Below, in pieces: positions 35,094 through 47,627 of a DNA stretch of 64,000 bases. Below the pieces are notes generated by a model. It did no database searches, was not told the DNA's origin, and saw only the letters and a list, made by a program, of their open reading frames with translations. The DNA is taken from the NCBI GenBank assembly GCA_964106915.2, contig OZ066919.1, one strand, 5' to 3'. This stretch comes from Podarcis gaigeae. Lineage: Eukaryota. Within the stretch, counting starts at the first letter, position 1. Each line of letters begins with the position of its first letter. Made by a program: the position numbers and the translations under genes.

Positions 35094-35136
35094 ACCTTCT
35101 TGCGAGTGAGGGCAAACAGACAGACCCGGCTGAATG
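35094..35136 (+). CDS. RNF220: RNF220 internal coding exon, 43 bp, TFLRVRANRQTRLN(A)
   Basis: Acceptor cttctcttaacag|, donor ATG|gtgagt, phase 0/1. The peptide matches RNF220 TFLRVRANRQTRLNA. Confidence 0.94.
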
Positions 35137-36652
35137 GTGAGTGCAGCAGAAATCCTGTACCATTTTCCCCCTTGTTCCAAGATGAAGACTTTCATTATCT
35201 GGGCCTAACAAGTATAATGCTTCCTTTCTTTACAAGATTCCTGAACTAAATATGCCCCAAAGGGTTAAAGCTTCAAATCAATCATTTGTATTCCTAACAC
35301 GTTTTGTTCCTCTCTGAACCCTGTCTTAAGTTGCTGCCCCTGGGTTACATTTATGTAGGCCTCCCAATGACATTGCTTTTCAGGCAGCTTGCAAACATAA
35401 AATATAGTGCGGTAAAACAACAATTGCAGGAAATTATTGTCAGCAAAGGTAAGAGAGAGAATCATTTACTCAAAATTATTAAAAACACACCATGTGGAAG
35501 CAGTAGATTACAGTTCAAAACTTTAAATAATCACAGATCTGAAAATGCTTGGGAGAATTATTTTTTTAAAGTATTTTACCTGGCATTGAAATGGCCATAA
35601 AGAGGTGGCAAGCGGGCCTCTCTGAGGAGGGCATGCCACAATTGGGGTACCACCACTTCTTGTTAAATGGCCTGGTTGGTATTGCAAAGGAGAAATTATC
35701 GATGCCAAGTAGAAGAATTATTTTACTGCTTGCCATTTTAAAAATAATGATTTTCTTATGGGTGTAATGAGATTAGACTTTTCCCCCAATGGCATTGTTT
35801 TCACTTGGTTACCTGCTATAATCTCCAGCTGTCAACAATACCTGCTTACAGCTAAAAAAATACATACAACTATACTTCCTGTTTGTTTCATTTATTACAA
35901 CTTTTTTTTAATTCCACCTTTCTTTCAACACCCTCCCCCAATGCTGTTTTGAAACAATGTGCAGGATAAAAGCCTTTAATATCTCACCTGGTTATATGGA
36001 CCTGATACCTCAGTAATTTGCAACTTGGAGCTGAACCTAACTAGGATGTATTTTGTAATTTTTATCCAATAGTACGTAAAACACAGTGTATTGTCACTAA
36101 GTAGGAATAATTTTTCAAACATTTTATATAGTGACCCTTTATTTTAATTGATTCTACTTCCACTGCCAGTGAACAGAAAAACATGTACTTTTATCATCTT
36201 TAATTTGGTCAAGAGTAAAGATAATGAAAATTCATCCCTGAGAAGTTAAGAGCAACTTTAAATTATCATGACAGTGCAAGAGGAAATTTTCCTTGAATTC
36301 TTGAATGCCAGCAAGATTCAGAGCTGTAACATACTATGTTGGATAAAAGGAGAGAGCTCTTGAATTAATGAGGACTGTGCACTATGTAGTGAATACATGT
36401 GATCTGACTTTCACATACACAACTACAATATATTTCTGCTACTGAATAATTCTAGGATATGATTAATGAATACAATTGCAGTATTCTATTGATCATCTTG
36501 CAAACATTTCCTTAGGACACTTGGAGCTATTATTGGAAATGATTATAGCAGAAATGCTAATATTTTTCAAAAAAAACATGATCATTTTTGAAAGCAGACC
36601 TAGGTTTTGCCAAATATATTGTATGTTGGCTGTATTTGGACATAATGCTAAA

Positions 36653-36789
36653 CCAGCATTCCCCAACTGGTTGCCTCCAAATGCTTTCAACTTCATTTCC
36701 CATCTTCCCCAACCACTGAGCATGCTGGCTGGGGTTAATGGGAGTTGGCATTCAAAGAATCTGGTGAGCATCAGATTGGAGAAGGCTGT
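36653..36789. mobile_element. Palindromic hAT-like MITE, related fragments at about 23552-23600, 50897-50945 and 51079-51135
   Basis: Termini cagcattccccaact...attggagaaggctg with inner arms tcccatc / atgggagttg. The recurrent motif cagatgtttt.ggactacaa appears in the other copies. Confidence 0.55.
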
Positions 36790-38194
36790 GCTAAACCATG
36801 GTCTTGCATTATAAGAACAAACCTCAGTAAACTTTGGGCCAGTATACCCAACCCTCCCCTCTGGCTTGGCTATAACAGGAAGATCATCACCAGTTTAACA
36901 TGTTGTGTAAACCATAAGCTGTCATTAGTATTAACTGTGGTTGGCTTAAATAAATTATCATCACAGACGTATGATATGAAGTTGTCTTGTTTCCACTAAC
37001 TATAGTTTGATCTAGTTCAGAGGACACAGCAATCTGCAATGCATCTAAAACCAGCATTGAAAGTTTCCAAACTCTTCTGCATGGCTGTGGTAGTGATAGG
37101 GGCATGAGTCCTGGGCAACCTGTTGTTCGTTCTCACAATGCTAAAGTGTGGTTTAATATTGCATCTAAACCATTTCATTGTTTCTGTGTTAGATCATTGT
37201 GAGTGTTTGGTGTCCCATCATAAACACATCACTTGCTCTTCTTCCTCATTATCTTTACTAACTGCTGTGTTGTGTTAGTTGTATATCTTGTGGTATTTGA
37301 AGAACAGCTAAAGTTATAGGATAGTTGGGAGTCTAAAATCAGCAAGGAAAAGACTGGAGCTTGGGTCTTAAGTCCTACTGTGCTTTGATTTTGCTTTGAT
37401 TTGTTAAGTCACATAACATACAAGATTCACATTCCTCTTTCAGTCCCCCACCCCACCTTTTCTATATACCTGAACACCATTACAGTTTCATTCTTTGGAA
37501 TACTGTTATTAGTCAAGCAGAACTAGCCCAGCCATAAGCTTAAGTAACAATAATGATTATCTGCCTAGGATTAGCAATATATGAGTAGTTCAGAATCCTT
37601 CAGTTGGAGATTGCTTTACACTTGCTAAACAACTTAATCAACTTGTATTTTTGTTCATCCTTCCTTCAGGTTATTTTTAGTCTAGATTGGCACTTTCTGT
37701 AGACATAGGCAGTTCATTTATCTTTTTACTTTGGGGTTCCACTGAACTCTCAGGATAGAAATCTGTCATTGAGACTGTATTTTGCCACACCACTGTTTCC
37801 AAAGTCTCTCTCTCTTTGTAGTCTTTTACAAGGACTTGGTCAAGATGTCTTTGAAGATCCAGGTGTGGTAAAATTCTCTTTGCAGATCCTCCCCTTCAAC
37901 CAACTCATTTTTTTGGAAAGTCAGTAACACTTCCAGCAACACAGAGGTTATTATAAAGAGACTAGAAATCAACTGATCTCTGCCGAGTGGCGGAAGTGAG
38001 TAGATTAGCTTGCTGTTCCTACCTCTATACTTTATGTGAATGGGCTAATGTCTGTACCTTGGAGAGTGCTGTTGCAAACTCATTCCCATGGAGACACTAT
38101 AGAACAGAGTATTGGATTAGATGGGCTTTTGGCCTGATCCAGAGGCGGACTGTTATTATGGTTTCAGCTGATGGTCTAAAGCTGATGGAAGGCA

Positions 38195-38880
38195 CTCTGC
38201 GTCACTGAAGTCACCTGAGCCTCGAGGGACAGCAAAGGATCCAGAAGCACCACCAAGATGTATCCGCTCCTTGGAGAGGGAGTATAACCCCATCAGGAGC
38301 AGGCAGCTTCTCTTTCATCTAGTCTAAGGAACGACCCACTAACAATGCCTTTGCCTTATCTGGATTGAGGTTCAGTTTATTGACTCTCACCCAATCCATT
38401 ACCGAGGCAAGACAACAGTCCAGCACATCCACTACCACACCTGCAGATATAAAGGAGCAGCAGAGCTGTAAGTCATCATCAGATTGCTGATAATGTACTT
38501 CAAAACTCTGGATAACCCCAGTCAGCAGTTTCATGCAGATGTTAAAAAGCATAGGGGATAAAATTGAACCCTGAGGAACCGCACACTGAGGGCTCCACAT
38601 TGCTAAAGAGCATCTCCCAAGCATCACCCTCTGGAAACAACCATCCAAGTAGGACCAGAACCATCACAAATTGGTGCTGCCCACCCCTATCTCGGACAGC
38701 TGCTCTAAAAGGAGACTCTGTGTGATGGTATCGAAAGAAGCTGAGAGATCAAGGAGAATTAACAGGAACACATTTGCCCTGCTTTTCTCCTGACAGAGAT
38801 AATCATTCAGAGTGGCCATAGCAGTTTTTGTGCCAAAACTGGGCCTAACCACCATTTAAAATGTATCTAGAAAATCAGGT
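38195..38880 (-). mobile_element. Degenerate L2-clade LINE reverse-transcriptase fragment
   Basis: ORFs 38664..38855 and 38319..38648 give LLILLDLSASFDTI, VPQGSILSPMLFNI, DDLQL (decayed YADD) and LNLNPDK. The frame is disrupted. Confidence 0.88.
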
Positions 38881-39294
38881 GAATAGGAGGCTTTGCCTGT
38901 ACTAGATATTGCATAAGATAAAACTTACTTTTATGTTTCTTTTGTTTGTTTCTACTCTCTATTCCATGACTTGGTCAAAGGCCTTAGAAGGTCCTTTATG
39001 AGAAGCCATGTTAGAAGAGTGCTAGTTTTTTTGGTGGGTTTTTTTAAAAAGTGGGATGCAAATCTACGCAGATCACAATAGCTGACTCTCTTCATTTTCC
39101 TGTGCCTCAAATAATTTAGCAAATAGTGATAGCTGCAAAAGGTGCACACCTCTTTATTAGCAGAATTAGAGGTGTTGGAAAGATATGTCTTTGAAAAATC
39201 TTTGACCTTGATATTGCTTCCCACTTAGAGTAGTTGTATGCAAAGATGGCGGTGGTAAATTACACATATCAAGGGGTGCAACAGCAGATCTTTA

Positions 39295-39445
39295 AGGATG
39301 GGCAGCTTCACATGAGACAGTCCTTCATGTAGCTTGGTTTCAAGCCGTTTAGAGTTTTATAGGTAACAACCAGCACTTTGAATTATGTTCTGAAATGGAT
39401 TGTAAATTAATGTTGCTGATGGAATAAAAGGTTCACATGATCCCA
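39295..39445 (-). mobile_element. L2 ORF2 C-terminal remnant
   Basis: aagccgtttagagttttataggtaacaaccagcactttgaatt is the reverse complement of the QFKVLV.TYK.LNGL segment seen at 2140-2185. Confidence 0.7.
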
Positions 39446-40840
39446 TCACTTTGAAGTGATGAAGAACCAATGTGATCATTCCTCAAATACAATCATGCAC
39501 ACTCTACCAAACATAGGACCTTCATTTTTACTTCATGAAAATAAACTCTAGTTTGCCCAGTAACTCTCAAACCTTGCTTCAAGATGTCAGTCATGAACAT
39601 TTCAGTTTGTTTTTGTGTTTGACTTGGACCAATCCCACCTGTTCTGAAGCAGAACAGAACAATGCTGGAAATTAAAAAAGACAATTTTGTCCAGTGCTCA
39701 GATCCCTATATTCCCATAATTATTCCCATAAATTGTCATGGCTATTTGTCACTAAAAAAAAAAAATTCTTATAGACTCTTAAAAAACAACAACCTCTAGA
39801 GTTAAAAAGAAAAAGAATGGAAGAAAGCATGCAAAATGTATATAATGTGAGAGAAAAATGCAAGGCCTAGTTATAAGAATGCCCAAATAATGTAAATATC
39901 ACTCTATTAATTAGTTGTAAAGTAACATGTTTTAGTGGTCACATTTGCACCAAGTTTTAGAAAATATATGAAGAACTATTAATGAAGAAAAAGATACTAA
40001 AATTAAATATTTGGCATTTTTAAATGATTAAATTAAAAAAATTGGCATTTTAAATTATTTAAATCAATTCACTCTGACTAAAGTAGGTCTTAATATCCAG
40101 AAATCCTAATGCATCTCACAACAAACTGTTCAGGTACCTTGTTAGACCTCGTATCAGCACTGTACTTGGGACATGCATGCAGTCTTGTCCAGCACCAGAA
40201 GCTGAAATGGAGAGGACTTGAACAAGTAATGATTGGCAAGCGGTCAGGACTGAGTGAGGAATCTGCCGGCATTGCATCTTTAGCAGCAGCAGGCTGATGG
40301 AATCTACTCTAGAAGCTTCAGGATGAATAAATGGATAGACGAAACAAGTTAGGGGGTTAGAAGTGATATTGACTGGGCCTCTTTAGCACAACTGGGTGCC
40401 TAGGATAGATGGGGTGCAGAGTTCAAGCTTAGGTTTTTGTGCATAAATGGCAGACAAAACATAGATCAAGCATATACAAGATAGCTATGTAAGAGAACTC
40501 AGTATGAATTCCATGCTTCCACCCAGCAGCTGAGCTCAGCTTCAGAAGAGTTCCAGGGATCTGCTGCACAGTACACATGGAGGCATGGCAAGATAAAGGC
40601 AGGGGATTTGTGAGAAAATGAAGCAGAATAAGAAAAGACTTCAGAAAAGGAGGAGTGCTCCCATGTCCAGTAAGAATCATGAGAAGCCTACTTGTTTCCT
40701 AGAAAGACCTGTCAATCAGGAGCATAACATGATAAACTCCCTTAATAGATCAAGAAAACAAGAGCCTGATAAACATGTCAGAAACATAAAACTTGTCAGT
40801 AACATAAAAGATCGAACTAAGCATTAGTTCTTCTATCTAT

Positions 40841-41076
40841 GAGAGCCAGTGTGCTACAGTGGTTAAGAGTGGTGGACTCGTAATCTGGGGGACCAGGTTC
40901 GCGTCTCCGCTCCTCCACATGCAGCTGCTGGGTGACCTTGGGCTAGTCACACTTCTCTGAAGTCTCTCAGCCCCACTTACCTCACAGAGTGTTTGTTGTG
41001 GGGGAGGAAGGGAAAGGAGAATGTTAGCCACTTTGAGACTCCTTCAGGTAGTGATAAAGCAGGATATCAAATCCAA

Positions 41077-41114
<38 letters not shown>
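40841..41114 (+). mobile_element. Squam3-like tRNA/CORE SINE with (CTA)n tail
   Basis: Head gagagccagtgtg..agtggttaagag, B-box-like ggttcgcgtctcc, core gggtgaccttgggctagtcac, 3' end gatatcaaatccaaac followed by (tac)n. Confidence 0.85.
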
Positions 41115-41118
<4 letters not shown>

Positions 41119-41124
41119 GCAATA

Positions 41125-41510
41125 CGTCAAGGACCACCTCTCCATATGAACTTACTTGGACCCTGAGATCATTTTCTGAGGCCCTTCTTCATGTACCTCC
41201 TCCACAAGAGGTCTGAAGGGTGGCAACACAAGAATGGGCCTTTTCTGCAGTGGCTCCCCATTTGTGGAATGCTTTCCTCAGGCTGGCACCTTCATTACAC
41301 ACTTTTAGGAGCCAGGTGAAAATGTCCTTCTTTAACCAGGCCTTTGGCTGAGTGACATCTGATGCTCTTTAAAGTATGTTTTGGAAGTGGGGATTATTGA
41401 GGAGTTTGTGTTTTATTATGTATTTTGTGTCTTTTATGTTGTGATTTTATGTTGTGAACTGCCCTGAGATCTACAGGTATAGGGTGGTATACATTTTATA
41501 AATAAATAAA
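41125..41510 (+). mobile_element. L2 LINE 3' remnant
   Basis: Decayed ORF2 end (AFSAVAP.LWNA), 3' UTR gtgaactgccctgagatc..agggtggtata and an aataaataaa tail. Confidence 0.75.
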
Positions 41511-44500
41511 TTGGATCAACAAAACAGAGGCTGTCACAGATGAGTGCTCAATGTAGAAGGGCAGGTCTCCCCCTGTATTTTAGGGTCCAGGCATAACAGT
41601 GCAGCTGAAGTAACTTTTTGCTGCAACTCAAGGGCCAAAGTCAGTGCAGTCCAGGGTGAGCCACGGCCATAATGAAGAGGGAAATTTGGCAAGATAGATT
41701 GCTTGACATTATGGACACGCTGGTGCACTGGCATCATTACTGTAATATAAGTGGCCTCCTTGCATCCTGGGTGAGAACTGGAATAAAGAAGCTCTTTTTA
41801 GAAGAGATCTGCACTTAAATGAGGGACATTTAAGTGAAAGTCTTTTTTTCATGCTGTTTTATATTCAGATTTTTTTTTTTTTAAAAAAAAGGCCTGTGAC
41901 TTAAGGGTAAGGAAAAATCAACCCAGCCCCCCTCTTTGCTCCTGCGACAGGAATACAGGGGAGAAGGATTAGCGAGCTAATTAGAAATGATTGCATCTAT
42001 CAGCACTAATTAACAATACTGTGGTCTCACTTGTGTGTTCTTTTGAGCTGTTCTCCTTCGGGACAGCTCAGCAGTTGCCCCCCTTCCTCTGGGGCTCCTC
42101 CATCCCTCCTACGTTGATTAGAAGTGATAGTTGAGCTCTATAGTAGCAATTGGAAATTCTGTTCAGTGGCTTTCAAACAGCCCGTGTTTTTTCTCTCTCA
42201 CACTCCAGATCCACCTCTGCCTGTATCAAGCTACTGCAAAAGGTGTTGGAACAGAAACTTTTTGTTAGCTCTTCTTCACTCCATTTACACTTTTGTTCAT
42301 GCTGCTCTTACTTTGTGAGCAAAGCAATTTTTCTTTGCCCAGTGTCTCATGGGTCTCTAAGGTGGACTGTGTTGCTTAGAGCCCCTAATGCTCTTATTTG
42401 CTGGATGTTGTTGAAAAGTTTGCCAGCTGAGGCACAAAAATCCTTTGCATTAGTACTGTGTGTGTGTGTCATGATAGCACACAAGCAATGATGGCAGAAA
42501 AATCTGCTGACATATAACCGGTTCAAAAAGATTAAGGATCAGTATAATGACAGGTCTAAAAGTTTTGCAAGGGCACTTAAAATTCAAGTTTAGTTTTTCA
42601 TTAAGTGGACTTTTAAGTTTATAGAAATGATTATTCATGGACCCTGAGTTTTTATGAAGTGGTTTTCAAGTTCTGTTTCCGTTATTCTCACACCAGACTT
42701 ATGGAATAAGTTACATTATGTCCATAGGGTTTGCAGTAAAATGTTTTACAAATCATGCCACTGGGAGTCAACAGGGAATGTTGCCCCAGCTGCTCCTTGA
42801 GGGCAATGAGAAATATTTCTGAAGTCCAGGTGGTTCAAACCATGCCTCATACATATTGAGGATCTGAGCGAGTATGACATCGGAGGGGAGTCGTCATTGG
42901 CTCTGGATTTGGTAGTTGAGACCCACAAATGCAAGTCAGGTGGGTAAGACATACAGATTTAGGACAGATTTGCAAATTATATTCCTTGGGTGAATTAGGA
43001 TTACCTTCACTTGCCAAAGTGAGAGAGCCCTGTGTGCAGCTTCTTGTGGGAGGGCTCTTGCTTCCACCTTGGAGAAAATGTCCAAGAAAGCAACCTCTCT
43101 AACGGAGACCTGCCGAAGATGGAGCTGCAGTCAGGAGATAGTGCTTGAAATTGTTTCCTCTTCCTTGTTTCCCAGAAGTGTGAGAGAAATAGTTAGGTGT
43201 GCCCCATCCAGAATGGACTATCTCTCTTCCGAAGGCTGCATCAACTCTTCTCATTCCTGTACTCATTCCCACATGCCAGAAAGGAGCTTTGTTATTCTAA
43301 ACACAGTGTGTTAGCTGTTTAGACTTGCCCTCTTTTGTCTTCCTTTCCCTGCTGGAGAAGGGGGGACAGAAACTTTGAGTCCTCTTAGCTCCACTTCAAG
43401 TATGATGGAGTTGGCTTTTTTGTTTCTTGAGAGAGTGTTTTAGTTCTAAGTATAGGAGGGAGAAAGTGGGCAGGTGCCCGTTAGCACTACACTGTATAAA
43501 CAGCCTAGTGATAATGGTAGCTGCACCTCTCTGCCCTGTGTTCTTCAGGTGGGGAGAGGAGCTCTAGAGTAATTGGAGTGAGGATAGTGGCGATGGCTCA
43601 GGCAAATGGATTGCAGGTGGATGCCTGATCCTCCTCTGCTGATTAACTAGCCTGTATTGCCAGCCCAAAGTGCTTGAATTTGCTTATATGTTAACTCCAG
43701 AGAAAAAGGCCCCAAACAGAAAAAAAAATTAATACCTTTATTGAGTCAACATTGGTCTGGTTAAATGCTTTTGCTGGATTCCTGTATTGCCTCCTTGGGT
43801 TATGACTAAAAGCCTACCCTGCTTATGGCATTTGTCTTATTTTCCAGTGCCTCCCTTAATTTAGTTTTTGGGTCCTTACTTCCCACTTGGTGTGTGCAGC
43901 ATCTCGTTCTCACAGTGCAGTTGCAATACATTACAATTTCTGCAGCAAACTGGCAGGCTCATAATGTCAATAATTGTTACTGCATTAAGTGACTTCTCTG
44001 TCATGTCATCTCTTGTTACTACACAGAATATCCTTGGGCTCTTATTTTGGTCTCTGTCAGAATTCTGACCTTCCTTATTAAGCTGTTCATTTCCCCTGTC
44101 TGTGATTGAAATATCTGATAATATTTGCTTAAAGCCATCTCTCTTAATGATCAATGTTGTTTTAATGCAAATTTTTCAGATGTTTTGTCCACATTTAATG
44201 AGGGTTCAAATTAATCAGCAGTATGGTAAAGGAAAAAGTTCACCAGAGGGGCATGTCTCTTGAGCCTACAATAGAATTTTCTCCCCAAAAAGCAAACTTC
44301 AAGCTCCATAATTGGAATTACTTGTATATATTCTGCATTGCTTCTGCTTGTAGTCATTTTGGGATGAGATGTAGGAGATTAGGGATAGAATCTGAAATTG
44401 TAGGATTGAGCAAAGAGTACAAATAGGGATAGAGGGACATCGTGCTGTTCTAAGTGAAATCTTCTGAGCACAATTAAGTCCGGTATAGTCCTGCTGTGAT

Positions 44501-45634
44501 TTCTAAATATTTACTGGAAACTGCCTGTGTGTGTTTGGGTCTTTTCTCCATATTTCAAAGCCTGCTTACCTTTTAAGCAGAAGCTCTCTTTCATAATTAT
44601 AGAAATCATTTTGACAGAAACCCTTCTTTCTGACATCTTCACAGCTGTGCAGATTACTAGGCTCTTGGGGCTTCCCATTTATACTGATTGGTGTCTTTTC
44701 TTAGAGCAAGCTTCAGGTATTCATGTTAGTCTGCAGAAGTGTTTTGTGGCATCTTTTATAGCAGTTTGAAAACTGTTCTCTAGTCAGTATATTGTGAAAC
44801 ACAACTATTGAATAAGTCTGATTAGGAACAACGGAGGCAAAAATAAAATTGATGACTTATCCTAGGGTGGATGCAGGAGGCGAATAGGACCCAACTAGTA
44901 TCTTCATCCCGACAGTGTGGGTTTTGTATTTGCAGGAGATGCTGAACATGAAAATAGTGGTTCTTAGGCTTTCCCAGGGGAGGAACAGTATTATAAAGAT
45001 AATGGAATCAGATATGCCCTTTTGAGGGCAAGGCACTTGGTTTGTGTTTGACTTAATTTCTACTGTGCCGTGAGGATGGTTGCTGTTTTTGTTCACTAGG
45101 GGGGCATTTGGTTAAATTCATTAAAGGTTCTGTAACTGCACAAGATGAAACTTGAGCACAGCTCCTCAAGATGAAGCAGGTGGAGTGTGGTGGGGAGGAA
45201 ACCACTGAGGCTCGGTGGAGGAGAGAGCAAATGTTTGCCTTGAAACCTTGCATCTATATCACACTCACTCTTTGTAGCTTTCAGTTATTCATATTGTTTA
45301 ATACCTACAAAGCACCTGCAGTTTTAAAGTTCCCTATATATCTTAAATTAAGCTCACAGATTCACAGTCTTAATAGACATAATACAAAAGAAAAAAAGAA
45401 GGGAGAAGCAAGTGAGCATTGGAGCAGCAGGTCCTTTATTGGCCAATAGATGGGGCCAGGTTGATCTCCCCATTGCCAGTGTTCTTTCTGAAAGGCATGA
45501 GATGAAGCCTCACAGGGGCTCTAGGCTTCCTGGCTGACATCAGAAACTAGTATGCTCTTCCCTTTGGTTCCTCAGTCACTGGGCAACTATATAACCCATT
45601 GTGTTTTAATTTTCTCTCTGCTTTCCTCGCATAG

Positions 45635-45678
45635 CTCGGATTGGAAAAATGAAACGGAGGAAGCAAGACGAAGGACAG
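45635..45678 (+). CDS. RNF220: RNF220 internal coding exon, short form, 44 bp, (A)RIGKMKRRKQDEGQ, with basic NLS-like KMKRRK
   Basis: Acceptor tttctctctgctttcctcgcatag|, donor CAG|gtatgt, phase 1/0, which fits both flanking exons. Confidence 0.94.
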
Positions 45679-45756
45679 GTATGTCCCCTCTGCAGCCAAC
45701 CTCTCTCAGGATCCGAGGAGGAGAGGAGTAGGCATGTCGAACAATGCCTTGCAAAG
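45679..45756 (+). CDS. RNF220: Alternative in-frame 78-bp extension of the RNF220 exon, VCPLCSQPLSGSEEERSRHVEQCLAK (C2HC zinc finger)
   Basis: The frame stays open through the first GT for 26 codons to a second donor AAG|gtagaa in the same phase. The spacing is C-x2-C-x13-H-x3-C. Confidence 0.8.
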
Positions 45757-46119
45757 GTAGAAGCACTGAGGGAACCCTACTGCCTCTCTCTCATTTCTTC
45801 CTACCCTCTGCTACTCCTGTGATCTGGGTAGAAACCAAATTTGCAGATTGAAGTCCACATGGCCATGTAGATCTCTACTTGAGTTCTATCTTGAAGTTTG
45901 GAGTTCTGTCTTAAAGTCTGGATTTTGCAATCTCATTACTCTAAAGACAGTTTTCCTAACCTTTCAAATGAGAAGGGATAGCAGGTGCTATTTTTGACTG
46001 TTAACTAGGAGACCGCCTGGCTTACTGCTAAACTTTGGTTATATCAGACAACTGCGGTTTAACCAAAATCCAGCAGAGCTCAGAGATGGACATAGATTGG
46101 AGAGAAGATGGTTATCAGA

Positions 46120-46470
46120 AAGTTTCTAATAGACAGTAGTTTTTCTCCCTCATATAATAACTAGAATCCTCAGTCATCCTATGAAAGTGAATATGATGCA
46201 GCACATAGTTAATCTGCAGAATTCTCTGCCACAGGATCTAATGATAGCCATCAACTTGGATGGCTTTAAGAGGGGATTTGAAAAAATCAGGATAAGGCTT
46301 TCAGTGGCTACTAGTCATGATGGCTTTGTATTACCTCTGGTATCAGAGGCAGCATGTCCCTGAACACCAGTTGCCCACAAGTGTGTTCTTGTCCTGCTTG
46401 CAGGTTTCCCTGTAGGAATCTGGTTGGCCACTGTGAGAACAGGATGCTGGATTAGATATGCCTCTGATTT
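46120..46470 (+). mobile_element. CR1 LINE 3' remnant
   Basis: cagcacatagttaatct...ctctgccacaggat...aacttggatggctttaagagggga, then a 3' UTR ctggttggccactgtgagaacaggatgctggattagat typical of squamate CR1. Confidence 0.75.
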
Positions 46471-47494
46471 TTGAAGGAGGTGTTTATTTTTTAGTGTGGG
46501 GTTGGGGGACTTTGGTAGTACAACTGCACAGTATTAACGTTCTGAGCTGATTTCACTTAGGTTCTGGTCTTCCTGCAGGATAGGTGACACTACTTCATCA
46601 ACCTATCATTCTGGTCATGGTGGCTTTTATAGCAGCCTCTGATACAGCTGACTGTGGACTTCTGTTTTTCAGTTAACATACATTGCTGGTATAACTGGAG
46701 TTGCCTAATGGTGATTTGAACCATATTTTCAGGGTTGGAGTAAAACTGGCGATAAGATGATTAAGCATTGCCCTTGAAATGGAGCATTCCTTGAGGTTCT
46801 CTCCTATTGGCTGTATTGTTTGGTGTATTTGTGTAGTCCTGCCAGTGCTATATTAATAAATAAAAGTATTTTTGTAGCAGCACCTTCATACACTTCAGGC
46901 TGTGCTAAAGAGTTATCCAATAGCAACAGCGATCCTGAAACTTGATGTAGAGTGTTACCCTTTTGCTCCTAGAAGAGTTGCAGCTCCAGCTCCACTTTTT
47001 TGCCTTATCTAACTTTCTAGTTTTGCCTAGTTCAAATAGTTTCTAAATTTGAGGCATACTTTCCACACAGTAGCAAAGCTTATATGTGTGAAAGAACATA
47101 ATTCCTTTCATTGCAAGGAAGTATAGTTTTGATCAGAAACTGAATTGGGAAGTCTTGAATTCAAATTTGGCCATGAATTCAGTATTTGGCCTTGGGCAAT
47201 AATGTCACAGTCTCTGTCCCTATGGTTAAATGGGATACTCACCTCATCCCACACTACCTTGGGGGAGCCAGTAATATAAAGTGAGCACTCAATAAGCAGC
47301 AATGAATGTGGATGACATTCTTTTTCCTGCTTCGTTAGCTTTTGCCAGTACCCTGTGTCAACATGTGCTTGCCACTTTGTCCACGATTAGCTTTGTCTAT
47401 ACAGCATGCATTGACAGGAATACTACCTACTAGCACCGTTTTTAACTCAGGACACTGAAATGATGCTTGGTGCTTTATTCTTTTCGCTTAATAG

Positions 47495-47627
47495 AGGGAA
47501 GGCTCATGCATGATGGAGGATGATGCAGTGGACATTGAAAATGAAAATGGTAATCGCTTTGAAGAATATGAATGGTGCGGGCAGAAGCGGATACGTGCCA
47601 CTACTCTCCTGGAAGGGGGATTCAGAG
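47495..47627 (+). CDS. RNF220: RNF220 internal coding exon, 133 bp, REGSCMMEDDAVDIENENGNRFEEYEWCGQKRIRATTLLEGGFR(G)
   Basis: Acceptor tttattcttttcgcttaatag|, donor AG|gtaagt. It contains the RNF220 motif FEEYEWCGQKRIRATTLLEGGF and is partly visible as ORF 47510..47752. Confidence 0.96.

Noticed and set aside
39243-39252. YY1 consensus AAGATGGCGG
   Set aside because: It is isolated among decayed LINE fragments, with no CpG island or other promoter motifs.
45090-45110. CTCF-like ttcactaggggggcatt
   Set aside because: It has one G too many and lacks the leading CC of the core consensus. It is too weak to call without ChIP data.
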